DNA of 51,131 nucleotides from an uncultured Smithella sp. (GCA_964640755.1 CAZXIP010000001.1:1-51131), one strand, 5' to 3'; positions 1 through 8,928 are shown, counted from the stretch's first letter. The notes: a model not told the origin generated them from the letters alone. Program-made: numbers and translations.

Positions 1-51
1 TATAAATAACACTTGTGTTTTTTCGATCTTACCGCTAATAAATCAAAAAAT

Positions 52-549
52 ATGATGAATGAAAAGAGGGTCAGGATAGGCGTATTATCGGATACGCATG
101 TTTCCGGCTTTGATGAAAACTTAAAGAGAATTATCGACGAAAATTTTTCCGATGTTGATATGATTTTTCATGCCGGAGATTTAGTCGAATTATCAGTCCT
201 GACGCTTTTCGGCGATAAGGAAGTACGGGCAGTCTGCGGAAACATGGACAACCGGCGGGTAAAAGAGGAACTTCCTGAACAGCTGCTGATGGAGATCAAC
301 GGGTTTAAAATAGGACTGATCCATGGCTGGGGGTCTCCTGAGGGGATGGAAAGAAAACTCGCGGCGAAACTCGGTCCTCTCGATTGCATTGTCTTCGGTC
401 ATACGCATTATCCGGTGAACAGGAGCATAGACGGCGTTTACTTTTTCAATCCAGGGTCGGCGGTCGATAAACGCTTTGCAAAATCCAGAAGCATCGGGAT
501 TCTGGAAGTGGGCGATGATTTGGCAGGCAGGATCATCACTGTCAAATAA
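52..549 (+). CDS. Metallophosphoesterase, YfcE/MJ0936 phosphodiesterase family
   Basis: ORF 13..549. It carries the calcineurin-like phosphoesterase motifs GVLSDTH, HAGD, GNMD and GHTH. The track start at 13 is TTG. The first ATG at 52 (MMNEKRVRIG) fits the family N-terminus better. Confidence 0.85.
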   Translation: MMNEKRVRIGVLSDTHVSGFDENLKRIIDENFSDVDMIFHAGDLVELSVLTLFGDKEVRAVCGNMDNRRVKEELPEQLLMEINGFKIGLIHGWGSPEGMERKLAAKLGPLDCIVFGHTHYPVNRSIDGVYFFNPGSAVDKRFAKSRSIGILEVGDDLAGRIITVK

Positions 550-610
550 TCCTATTCGATCCCGGTTACGCGGGATGAGCCTCGATTTTCTGTAGCTTAC
601 TACGGAATGG

Positions 611-656
611 TAACATTCATTCCATGCCTCGACAGCTTGCTGCGAGGTGATTGATT
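611..656 (+). repeat. Copy 1 of a 46-nt conserved leader element with hairpin core CCTCGACAGCTTGCTGCGAGG
   Basis: 40/46 identity to 16681..16726, with the 22-nt core 628..649 identical. The core folds as CCTCG-A-CAGC-TT-GCTG-CGAGG. The element ends 20 nt before the ATG at 676. Confidence 0.7.
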
Positions 657-675
657 ATGATCAGGAACTGAAAAT

Positions 676-1161
676 ATGGAAACAATGTTTGCGCCCTGGC
701 GAATGGAGTATCTCGTGTGTGAAAAGAAGGAAGGTTGTGTGTTTTGTAAATGTTCGGTCCGGTGTGACGATTACATCGTTTATGAAGGAAAGACGTGTTT
801 TGTCATGCTAAACCGATATCCGTATGTCAATGGTCATTTGATGATCATTCCCGAGCGTCACCTGGATGATATCTCAGAATTGACCGCGGAAGAGCGCAGG
901 GAGATATTTGCCCTTCTGGATACCGCTGTCAAAGTATTGAAGGATGCCATGAGCCCGAATGGCTTCAATGTCGGCATGAATCTGGGAAAGGCCGCCGGAG
1001 CCGGCATCGCCGAACATGTTCACGTTCATGTGATACCGCGCTGGGAAGGTGACACCAATTTTATGAGTGTGGTCGGTAATGTTCGCGTTGTCCCGGAAGA
1101 CCTGGCCACAACCGCCGCAAAACTTGCACCGCTATTTAAAAAGTATTCTCAGGAGGTTTGA
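676..1161 (+). CDS. HIT (histidine triad) family nucleotide hydrolase/transferase
   Basis: Histidine triad motif HVHVHVIPRW, plus the NRYPYVNGHLMIIP core. The size (161 aa) is typical of the family. Confidence 0.9.
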   Translation: METMFAPWRMEYLVCEKKEGCVFCKCSVRCDDYIVYEGKTCFVMLNRYPYVNGHLMIIPERHLDDISELTAEERREIFALLDTAVKVLKDAMSPNGFNVGMNLGKAAGAGIAEHVHVHVIPRWEGDTNFMSVVGNVRVVPEDLATTAAKLAPLFKKYSQEV

Positions 1162-1166
1162 ATGCC

Positions 1167-1490
1167 ATGAAAATATTTTATTTAATTCTGACGATCCTCT
1201 TTGCATTTTTTATTGTGACTTTTTCCCAGTTCAATGCAGCGCCTGTAACCATCAAATACTACTACATCCAGGATATCGTTGTTCCTGCCTATATGCTCAT
1301 TTTTGTTGCCCTGCTTGTGGGGGTGATCATTACGGGCCTGCTGGGTGTTGTGGAAAGATTCCGCCTGAATCGAACCATCAGCCGGTTGAACAAAACAGTC
1401 AGGGATCTGCGTAAGGAGTTGAGAGACCACGAAGCGCCGCCCATGATTGAAGAAAGCAAGAAAACACCAGAACCTTCTCCATCTCCATGA
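1167..1490 (+). CDS. LapA-domain (DUF1049-like) small inner-membrane protein
   Basis: Two predicted TM helices (ILTILFAFFIVTF, MLIFVALLVGVIITGLLGV) followed by a charged coiled tail. An AGGAGG SD lies at 1151..1156, 10 nt before the ATG at 1167. The track start at 1158 is TTG and sits too close to the SD. Confidence 0.6.
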   Translation: MKIFYLILTILFAFFIVTFSQFNAAPVTIKYYYIQDIVVPAYMLIFVALLVGVIITGLLGVVERFRLNRTISRLNKTVRDLRKELRDHEAPPMIEESKKTPEPSPSP

Positions 1491-1981
1491 CTGCACAGCC
1501 GGAATTTATCACCGACGCCTCTCTCGCGGGGCTCGCTAAATGGCTCAGGCTGCTGGGGTATGACACCGTCGTTTACAGCGGTCAGGCAGGCCGTCCGATG
1601 ATGAGGCAGGCACAACACCAGAAACGCATCCTGTTGACCCGCAGAACAGATATGCTCGAGCGGCAGTTTTCAGGGGATATGTTTCTGTTGCCGGCGGCAA
1701 GCACAGGCCGGCAGCTCAGTTTTATTATCCGTAAGCTGTCATTAAAAATCGATTATGAAAACATGTACAGAATTTGTCTGATCTGCAATTCAAAGCTTCA
1801 TCCGGCCACGCGTGGGGATGTTCATGATCTGGTTCCGCCTTTTGTCTACGAAAATTACGATCGATATAACCTTTGCGAGAGCTGTGGAAAGATTTACTGG
1901 CCCGGAACGCACGTTCGGAACGCTCTGCAGTTTCTCAAAGACAACGATATCACCATACCGGTGGATGATCACACACAGTAA
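1487..1981 (+). CDS. Mut7-C RNase domain (DUF82) protein
   Basis: N-terminal LAGLAKWLRLLGYDT and a C-terminal zinc-ribbon-like pair C..CN / C..CGKIYWPGTH, both characteristic of PF01927. There is an ATGA overlap with the upstream gene. Confidence 0.8.
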   Translation: MTAQPEFITDASLAGLAKWLRLLGYDTVVYSGQAGRPMMRQAQHQKRILLTRRTDMLERQFSGDMFLLPAASTGRQLSFIIRKLSLKIDYENMYRICLICNSKLHPATRGDVHDLVPPFVYENYDRYNLCESCGKIYWPGTHVRNALQFLKDNDITIPVDDHTQ

Positions 1982-2056
1982 ATCGACTACGGTCCCGTCG
2001 TCTGTATGGATAACCGTAATATCTCATGGAGGCGAATGCCCGCCGACAATTGCTTT

Positions 2057-2551
2057 TTATGGTGATATGGCGCAGTCGCGGTCATCGCCCTTGATTTTTT
2101 CGATGGCGTGGGGAATTGCCGGCAGAAGAACGGCAAGGTTCTCCGTGGCGCCTTTGGGGCTTCCGGGGAGGTTGATGATTAACGAATGGCCGCGAATGCC
2201 GGCAACCGCCCTGGAAATCATGGCATGGGGTGTAATGTTCATGCTGGCGATTCTCATGGCTTCGGCCATTCCGGGAATTTCTTTATCCAGAACGTTCAGA
2301 GTGGCATCCGGTGTGAGGTCCCGGGGGCTGACCCCTGTTCCGCCCGTGGTCAAAATCAAATCCATTTTTTCCACATCGGCAAATTGAATGATCGCTTTTT
2401 GTATCTGGTCTGTTTCGTCGGGAATGATGAGGGTATGCTTAACTTCAATAGCGGCTCCCGCAAGCATTTCTGCAATTGCGGGGCCGCTTAAATCCTGCCT
2501 TTTGCCCTGAGAGCCTTTATCGCTGACTGTTATGACGGCGGCATAGAACAT
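2057..2551 (-). CDS. mog: Molybdenum cofactor biosynthesis protein MogA/MoaB family (molybdopterin adenylyltransferase-like)
   Basis: VITVSDKGSQGKRQDLSGP, ILTTGGTGVSPRD and INLPGSPKG motifs. 164 aa. Confidence 0.85.
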   Translation of the reverse strand: MFYAAVITVSDKGSQGKRQDLSGPAIAEMLAGAAIEVKHTLIIPDETDQIQKAIIQFADVEKMDLILTTGGTGVSPRDLTPDATLNVLDKEIPGMAEAMRIASMNITPHAMISRAVAGIRGHSLIINLPGSPKGATENLAVLLPAIPHAIEKIKGDDRDCAISP

Positions 2552-2557
2552 GAAGGG

Positions 2558-4639
2558 TTACGTCTCTGCTTCTTTTTTGGATTCGGCAATAATTTTATCC
2601 GCGATGTAGGAAGGAACTTCTTCATAATGCGAATCAGTATAGGTGAAATTGCCGCGGCCACTGGTCATTGAGCGCAGATCAGGGGCGTATTTTAAAATTT
2701 CCGCAAGGGGGACCTGGCCTTTAATAATTTGGTTGGTGCCGTTTGTGTCCATACCCAGAACTCGTCCACGCCGGCTGTTAAGATCACCGATGACGTCGCC
2801 CATGTATTCATCAGGGACTTCGATGGCAATATTCACGATGGGCTCCAGAAGAATCGGCTGACATTCCATGACGCCTTTCTGAAACGCCATGGATCCGGCA
2901 ATTTTAAAAGCCATTTCCGATGAATCGACTGTGTGGTATGAGCCGAAAACCAGCGATATTCTGAAGTCCACCACGGGGTAACCCGCGATTACGCCTTTGG
3001 CTGCAGCTTCCTGAATGCCTTTGTCTACGGCCGGGCGGTATTGCCCGGGAATAACACCGCCAACGATCTTATCCAGGAATTCATAGCCTCCACCGCGCGG
3101 TAAGGGTTCAATGTCAATCGTACAATCACCAAACTGGCCTCGTCCACCGGACTGTTTCTTGTATCGTCCCTGAACATTGGTTTTTCCTTTAATGGTTTCA
3201 AAATAGGGAACTTTCGGTGTGTTCAGGTTGACTTCAACGCCGAATTTTCGTTTCATTTTCTCCACGTTGACTTCAATATGCACCTGTCCCATGCCGGAGA
3301 GAATCATTTCCTTGGTCTGGACGTTGCGTGAAAAAACAATGGTCGGGTCTTCTTCCGTCAGGCGGTGGATGGAAGAGGCAATCTTGTCTTCGTCGCCGCG
3401 TGATTTGGGTTCTACGGCAAAAGACATAATCGGTGGTGGAATGGCAACTTTTTCGAATACGATGGGCGCTTTTTCGAAGCAAAGGGTGTCGCCGGTAATG
3501 GTTTCCTTCAGTTTGGCGACGCCGGCGATGTCTCCGGGAATAAGTACTTCTGCCTGTTTCTGATTTTTGCCTTCCAGAAAGAAAATATGACCAAATTTTT
3601 CCGTGATTTTTTTCGAAGAGTTATAAACCGCAGAATCGGAATTGAGTTTGCCGGAATAAACCCGGAACAACGTCAGCCTACCGGCGTAGGGATCGGCGAT
3701 GGTTTTGAAAACAATGGCGGAAAAAGGAGCATCTTCCGACGGCTGTCTTTCTTCAATGCTGTCCGTGCCCGGTTTTTGACCTTTCACAGGTCCGCGATCA
3801 ACGGGTGAAGCGAATGAACTGACGGCCAAATCCATCAACATCGTCACGCCGATGCCTTTGACGGCTGAACCGCAGATGACGGGAATAACACTTCCCGACG
3901 ATACACCTTTTCTCAATCCGGCTTTAAGCTCATCGGCGGAAAGTTCACCGGCTTCCAGATATTTGTTCATCAGTTCGTCATCGGCCTCCGCGATATCTTC
4001 CACCATGGATGCACGAAGCGCATTCGCTTCATCCATCAAATCGGCTGGTATTTCGGATGCTTTGCCGACGCCTTTGTTGTCGGCGAACGTATAGGCTTTC
4101 ATGTTGATTAGATCAACAATCCCCTGAAATTTATCTTCCGCGCCGATGGGCAGGCAAAGGGGGGTTGCCTTCTTCTTAAGCTTAGTTTTGATGCTTTCCA
4201 GCACCTTGTTGAAATCGGCCCTTTCACGGTCCATGCGATTTATGAAAATCATGCGGGGGAGGGAATATTCATTGGCCAGTTCCCAGACTTTCTGTGTCTG
4301 GAATTCAACGCCTCCAACCGAATCAATCACCACCACCGCGTTGTCCACAATGCTGATCGAACACTTGATGTCAAAGGTAAAGTTGGAGTCGCCCGGCGTA
4401 TCGACAATGTTGATTTTATGTTTATCCCATTCAATAAAATTGGCTGCGGACGATATGGAAACGTGTTTTTTCTGCTCTTCCGGTTCAAAGTCCATGGTGG
4501 ATGAACCGTCGTCAACGCGTCCCAGACGCTCATTTTTCCCGGAAACATATAACAGGGATTCACAAAGAGAGGTTTTGCCTGTTCCGCCGTGGCCGATTAC
4601 AGCCACATTTCTGAGAGATTTGGATTCGTACTTTGCCAT
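2558..4639 (-). CDS. Elongation factor G paralog, EF-G-II (Thermus EF-G-2-like) type
   Basis: All five EF-G domains are recognisable. The G1 motif is the non-canonical GHGGTGKTS and G3 is DTPGDSNF. The start is placed at MAKYESKSLRNVAVIG (ATG 4639), because the 19 codons upstream do not look coding. Confidence 0.85.
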   Translation of the reverse strand: MAKYESKSLRNVAVIGHGGTGKTSLCESLLYVSGKNERLGRVDDGSSTMDFEPEEQKKHVSISSAANFIEWDKHKINIVDTPGDSNFTFDIKCSISIVDNAVVVIDSVGGVEFQTQKVWELANEYSLPRMIFINRMDRERADFNKVLESIKTKLKKKATPLCLPIGAEDKFQGIVDLINMKAYTFADNKGVGKASEIPADLMDEANALRASMVEDIAEADDELMNKYLEAGELSADELKAGLRKGVSSGSVIPVICGSAVKGIGVTMLMDLAVSSFASPVDRGPVKGQKPGTDSIEERQPSEDAPFSAIVFKTIADPYAGRLTLFRVYSGKLNSDSAVYNSSKKITEKFGHIFFLEGKNQKQAEVLIPGDIAGVAKLKETITGDTLCFEKAPIVFEKVAIPPPIMSFAVEPKSRGDEDKIASSIHRLTEEDPTIVFSRNVQTKEMILSGMGQVHIEVNVEKMKRKFGVEVNLNTPKVPYFETIKGKTNVQGRYKKQSGGRGQFGDCTIDIEPLPRGGGYEFLDKIVGGVIPGQYRPAVDKGIQEAAAKGVIAGYPVVDFRISLVFGSYHTVDSSEMAFKIAGSMAFQKGVMECQPILLEPIVNIAIEVPDEYMGDVIGDLNSRRGRVLGMDTNGTNQIIKGQVPLAEILKYAPDLRSMTSGRGNFTYTDSHYEEVPSYIADKIIAESKKEAET

Positions 4640-4814
4640 GAAAACTCCTTTCGATATCTCAACAAGATCAGCAAAAAACTGCTGAAACAGGTTCATACAG
4701 AATGCGGGGTTTTTAGCCTATCCGGCAGTGAAAATCAAGGTAATTTTCCACAATTGACAATTTTCAGAAAATTCTTGTGCCAGTAACATCAGTGCATCAA
4801 AAGGCTGTTATGAT

Positions 4815-6500
4815 CTACCTTTTGAGCAGATGTTTCTCACCCAGTTTCATGGGGTAAAATACCGCAAATATGCAGAGAAACAGGGCAAAAGTGAAGGATA
4901 GAACCAGTCGGGTGATTTGCGTCAGGGATAAGCTTTGGCCGTGCAATTTTGCCATAAAGATTCTATAAACCGGCCCTGCCTCCAGGATAATTACGGAAGC
5001 GATCAGACCGAAACTGAGGAGCATGAAAAGGAGCCCACCAAAGCTGGTAGCCGACATGGCAGGATTTTCGGATTTGAAATCAGGGTAGCGGGCACCCAAT
5101 CCAACAGCCAGCGCGACGATTGCCGGAACCAGGCAAAATATCGTCAGGACTGATAAAAACATCATGAACGGTGTAACTCTCAACAGAATATTCGATGCGA
5201 TGATGAGCGTTTCCGTGAGTAAAAGCAGCGGCAGATAGTAGAGAAAAAACTTAATCCAGAGAAATGTCTTCATCGAAACAGGTGCCGATTGGATAATCCA
5301 GAACGCTTCACCTTCCATGCTGACGGCAGGAAAGACAAATCGGGCGGCGATTGCCGAAAGGACAAAGGCCGAAAGCCCGACATTTAAGAAAGAAAATACA
5401 TTTTGCAGATAGACGGTTTTGATCGGTGACCGATCCAGGGGCAGGACGGAGAAATTATACAGGTAAATCACGATCAGCGCGCAGATGAGAAAAAGCTGCG
5501 GCCATTGAGTGGAATCCCTGAAGAACGATCGCAGCTCCTTGACGGCAAACGCCCTGGCCGGTCTTGAAAGAAAATTAAGCAGGCCTTCCCAGCTGTGACC
5601 GCTGAATTTTACCGGTTTGAAAAGCCTTTTGGCTGTCGTTTGAGCGCGCGAGAAACCGCGGAAATAAATGGCACCCGCAGTTGTTTCGTTTATGAAGAGA
5701 AGGAACAGAACACAGCTGGCCGAAAGAGCCATATTCAATATCGAACCGCTCCATTCGCTTTTAAGTGCAAAACGCACTGTATCTGTTATCCAGGTCGTCG
5801 GCAGATAAGGCAGGCTGAGCGCCTGCATGGAATTCAGATACAGCACAACTGAAGCAAAACTATCCGGATTGACGAGCTGTTCCGGTTGGATCATTCTCAA
5901 AACAACAACGAGCAGCACCGCCAGCAAAACTCCCAGAATGACAAAAAGGGTTCGTATTTTGCCCGCGGGAAGTATTGCGGCCCCCAGCAAAACAACCATG
6001 CTGCTCAGGCCTGAGGCGATCAGGCACATGCAGACAATGGCGGCAAGCGTGATCAGATAATAAAAAATGCCAGCATGATAAACCAGACCGTAGGATAAAA
6101 AAACGGGAAGGCTGAAAGCAACCACCATCCAGGATGAATCGAAGGCGCTGATGAGCCACCTTGATCTGAAAATATCAACCATCGAAACCGGCAGGGAATG
6201 CAGCAGGGATAAATCACGACTCAGATACAGATGGGACAGGCTGTTGATGATACTGCTGAAAAGCAGAAGGGTGAAGAAGGTAACGATCATCATGGAAAGA
6301 AGCTTGATGGCCAGAATATCGCCAAAATCCTGTACGCTCTGGAAATAGGTCAATACCCGGTAAAAGATCAGAAAAGCCCCTGTCCAGAAAATCAGACCAA
6401 TGAATAAAAAAAAGAAAAACCGTGACCGGCGGCTGTTTTGAACACCGGGCCTCGCGGAAAGCAGCCGGGGGGTCAATAATGTCAAAGCTGTATTTTTCAT
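4815..6500 (-). CDS. Multi-pass membrane permease of a putative ABC exporter
   Basis: 561 aa and about 12 hydrophobic helices. It lies 4 nt downstream of the ABC ATPase gene on the same strand. Confidence 0.7.
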   Translation of the reverse strand: MKNTALTLLTPRLLSARPGVQNSRRSRFFFFLFIGLIFWTGAFLIFYRVLTYFQSVQDFGDILAIKLLSMMIVTFFTLLLFSSIINSLSHLYLSRDLSLLHSLPVSMVDIFRSRWLISAFDSSWMVVAFSLPVFLSYGLVYHAGIFYYLITLAAIVCMCLIASGLSSMVVLLGAAILPAGKIRTLFVILGVLLAVLLVVVLRMIQPEQLVNPDSFASVVLYLNSMQALSLPYLPTTWITDTVRFALKSEWSGSILNMALSASCVLFLLFINETTAGAIYFRGFSRAQTTAKRLFKPVKFSGHSWEGLLNFLSRPARAFAVKELRSFFRDSTQWPQLFLICALIVIYLYNFSVLPLDRSPIKTVYLQNVFSFLNVGLSAFVLSAIAARFVFPAVSMEGEAFWIIQSAPVSMKTFLWIKFFLYYLPLLLLTETLIIASNILLRVTPFMMFLSVLTIFCLVPAIVALAVGLGARYPDFKSENPAMSATSFGGLLFMLLSFGLIASVIILEAGPVYRIFMAKLHGQSLSLTQITRLVLSFTFALFLCIFAVFYPMKLGEKHLLKR

Positions 6501-6504
6501 GGGA

Positions 6505-7230
6505 CTATACTTCCCTTACTAATGTCAGAAACACTTCTTCCAGCCTGGCCTCGCCGGTTTTAGCAGCCAGGTTCAATTCGGCAACCGTGCCCTCGGCGAT
6601 GAGGGTTCCTTTATGGATAACACCGATTCTATCGCAAAGATCTTCCGCCAGGCTCAGAGTGTGGGTGGAGACAAAGACAGTGACCTTTTGTGCGGCCAAT
6701 CCTTTGAGAATATCCCTGACCATTCGGACGGCTTCGGGATCCAGACCGACCATCGGCTCATCAATGACCATAACTTTCGGATCATGGAGCAGCGCCGCCG
6801 CAATAATCAGTCTTTGTTTCATACCGTGAGAATAGGCTTCAATGATTTCATTCGCCCAGTCCCATAGAGAGAATTGTTTTAAAAGCTCTTCCGATTTTCG
6901 AGAGAGATCCTGAAAGTCGACATGATAGAGGTCACCGATAAATTTAAGAAACTCCATGCCGGTCAGTTTCTCATACAGAAACGGTCTGTCCGGCACAAAA
7001 CCGATCATCTTTTTGGCGGCAACGGGTTCTTTGTGGACATCGATCCCGGAAATGATGACACTTCCGGCAGTTGGTTCGATAATGCCGCCCATCATGCGGA
7101 TGGTTGTGGTTTTCCCCGCGCCATTCGGCCCGATAAATCCATATATTTCTCCGGCAGCCACATGTAAACTCAAATGATCGACAGCCAGCGTCGTTCCATA
7201 ATCCTTGGTCAGTTGTTTGAGTTCAATCAT
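6505..7230 (-). CDS. ABC transporter ATP-binding protein
   Basis: Walker A GPNGAGKTT, signature-like SHGMKQRL, Walker B VMVIDEP and an H-loop STH. Confidence 0.92.
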   Translation of the reverse strand: MIELKQLTKDYGTTLAVDHLSLHVAAGEIYGFIGPNGAGKTTTIRMMGGIIEPTAGSVIISGIDVHKEPVAAKKMIGFVPDRPFLYEKLTGMEFLKFIGDLYHVDFQDLSRKSEELLKQFSLWDWANEIIEAYSHGMKQRLIIAAALLHDPKVMVIDEPMVGLDPEAVRMVRDILKGLAAQKVTVFVSTHTLSLAEDLCDRIGVIHKGTLIAEGTVAELNLAAKTGEARLEEVFLTLVREV

Positions 7231-8696
7231 TATTTTGCTGAGATAACCTCCAGTTTTATTTTACCCATCACACCAAGCAGATCCAGTTGCTGGCTTCCTT
7301 CACCGCGCACCAGCCGTATATGGGTCACATCGGCAGGAATCTGGTTGAAAACAGCATCGGCGGTTACCCATTGTCCAACATAGGCAAGATTCCAGGCATG
7401 ATAATAAAAACGTCCATTGAGATAAACCAGCCCTGTTTCAATCTGGGCCGGCACACCGACGGAGCGCAGCAGGGCGGCGGTTAAAACCGCGTGTTCATTG
7501 CAGTCGCCCGTCCTGTTTTTTAAAACTTCCAATGCATTGGGAACCGATAACACAGGCTTTTTCTGGATATTTTTATAAACCCAGACAACGATTTTGCGCA
7601 TTTTGTCAGAGGGGGAATCCCCGGGTGAAACAATATTCTCTGCCGCGGCTTTTATTTGCGGGTGGTCACTTTGTACTAAAGGCGAAGGTTTCAGAAACTG
7701 ATGGAAAAGGGGCGGCATTTTCGTATCGGGTGAAGTCTCCGTGGAAATGAATTCCCGAGAGATCGTCAGAAGACCCTGATGGAATTTTTGACGACCGCCG
7801 TTGAGTATCAGTCCAGAATGATTAATGTTACTGATTTTGATTGTTATTTCAGTTAAACTTGACGGGTCGGCAAGCTTTTGGTTGGAAGGTATTGAGGCGA
7901 CTTGTGTAAAATCAACGGCGCTGTTCATGGCAAATTCTTCGTTTGCCTGTTCGGCGCTGACCTTTTCCATGGATAGACCCAGGATACCGGATTCTTTCAA
8001 TACTTCACCGTTCTTGGCCAGCCAGGCACAATTTTTGGCGCCCATAAAATCGGCACAGAATTTTTGCGTCAGGACGCGCTTTCCCATAATTGGGATTATT
8101 TCATCCGCGTTGCGGGTCACTGATATTTTGCGGATCCCCAGGGTGGACGGATCAAATATGCTAAACGCATAGGTTTGATCTTTTTCAAGGCCTGTTCGGA
8201 ATGCGGCTTCATAAATATTGCCGCTGATATGGGGAATGTCACTAATCGGGATAATGATATTTTCTTCTGCGCTGGGGAGCCCGGCATATAAAATGAGTTT
8301 ATCTTTGTTGATGTATCCGCGGGCGTTGAAACGGAATAAACTTGAGTTGAGTTGAAAATTAAATGAGGAAAAGGTCATGTCGGGATTTAGTTCCGTTTCC
8401 GTGGATATTTGGAGCGCCTGGGTGATGCCCATCGTATTGATCTGCATGGTGACATTTTCCGTCGTCTGATAGCGGCCATTTTCGAGTGCATGGTATGTTC
8501 GACGGATGACGCCGATTTTTTTCCTGTTTTGATAAATATTCATCCAGGATTCGGGCTGACGTGCAATTTCAGCCATCGGACTTAAGGGGACTGGTGCGGG
8601 CTGATCCTTAAAAAAATCCAGCCGAACGGCCAGCAGGACAAGAAAAACTAAAGTGACTCCAATACCCCAGGCCGTATTCCATTTTATTTTTGCCAT
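7230..8696 (-). CDS. Membrane-anchored transglutaminase-like (cysteine protease fold) protein
   Basis: N-terminal TM helix (AWGIGVTLVFLVLLAV). The C-terminal core is GDCNEHAVLTAALLRSVGVPA ... YHAWN ... ADAV (Cys-His-Asp). The start is set at MAKIKWN (ATG 8696). Its stop overlaps the ABC ATPase start (TAATG). Confidence 0.8.
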   Translation of the reverse strand: MAKIKWNTAWGIGVTLVFLVLLAVRLDFFKDQPAPVPLSPMAEIARQPESWMNIYQNRKKIGVIRRTYHALENGRYQTTENVTMQINTMGITQALQISTETELNPDMTFSSFNFQLNSSLFRFNARGYINKDKLILYAGLPSAEENIIIPISDIPHISGNIYEAAFRTGLEKDQTYAFSIFDPSTLGIRKISVTRNADEIIPIMGKRVLTQKFCADFMGAKNCAWLAKNGEVLKESGILGLSMEKVSAEQANEEFAMNSAVDFTQVASIPSNQKLADPSSLTEITIKISNINHSGLILNGGRQKFHQGLLTISREFISTETSPDTKMPPLFHQFLKPSPLVQSDHPQIKAAAENIVSPGDSPSDKMRKIVVWVYKNIQKKPVLSVPNALEVLKNRTGDCNEHAVLTAALLRSVGVPAQIETGLVYLNGRFYYHAWNLAYVGQWVTADAVFNQIPADVTHIRLVRGEGSQQLDLLGVMGKIKLEVISAK

Positions 8697-8820
8697 GTTC
8701 AACAATCTTTCTACAATATCAGGGCAATTGCCATATAAATAATTATATACACAGGATAGCAATCGGTCAACAGACAGTATTAAGCTACATAATGATGTCA
8801 AAACATATCAAAACAATTAC

Positions 8821-8847
8821 TTGACAAATACAGTCCAAAAATATAAG
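8821..8847 (+). promoter_or_regulatory. Candidate sigma-70 promoter (TTGACA-N15-TATAAG)
   Basis: A perfect -35 hexamer at 8821..8826 and TATAAG at 8842..8847. The spacer is short (15 nt). It sits in the divergent intergenic region upstream of the EF-G gene at 9075. Confidence 0.25.
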
Positions 8848-8886
8848 CAGTTAAATTCTTGTTTCTAAGGCTCGATTACGGTGGCT

Positions 8887-8928
8887 CCCCCATCTGGCAG
8901 AGACTCTTCCAAATGCGGGGATTTTTTT
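8887..8928 (+). terminator. Intrinsic-terminator-like hairpin plus U7 tract inside the EF-G leader
   Basis: The arms CCCCCATCTGG (8887..8897) and CCAAATGCGGGG (8909..8920) pair over about 10 bp with one bulge and one mismatch. They are followed by A plus TTTTTTT (8922..8928). The element lies 147 nt upstream of the ATG at 9075. Confidence 0.5.

Noticed and set aside
1812-2387. 191-aa ORF on the + strand
   Set aside because: It lies antisense to the well-supported mogA-like gene and overlaps the Mut7-C gene end. Its Arg/Ser/Pro-rich composition is typical of shadow frames, and it has no recognisable motif.
4146-4685. 179-aa ORF on the + strand
   Set aside because: It lies entirely antisense within the EF-G-II gene, so it is a shadow ORF.
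4777-4782. Perfect sigma-54 -24 box (TGGCAC on the - strand) about 140 nt upstream of the EF-G-II start
   Set aside because: The expected -12 position reads TTTTC rather than TTGC(A/T), and the invariant GC dinucleotide is missing.
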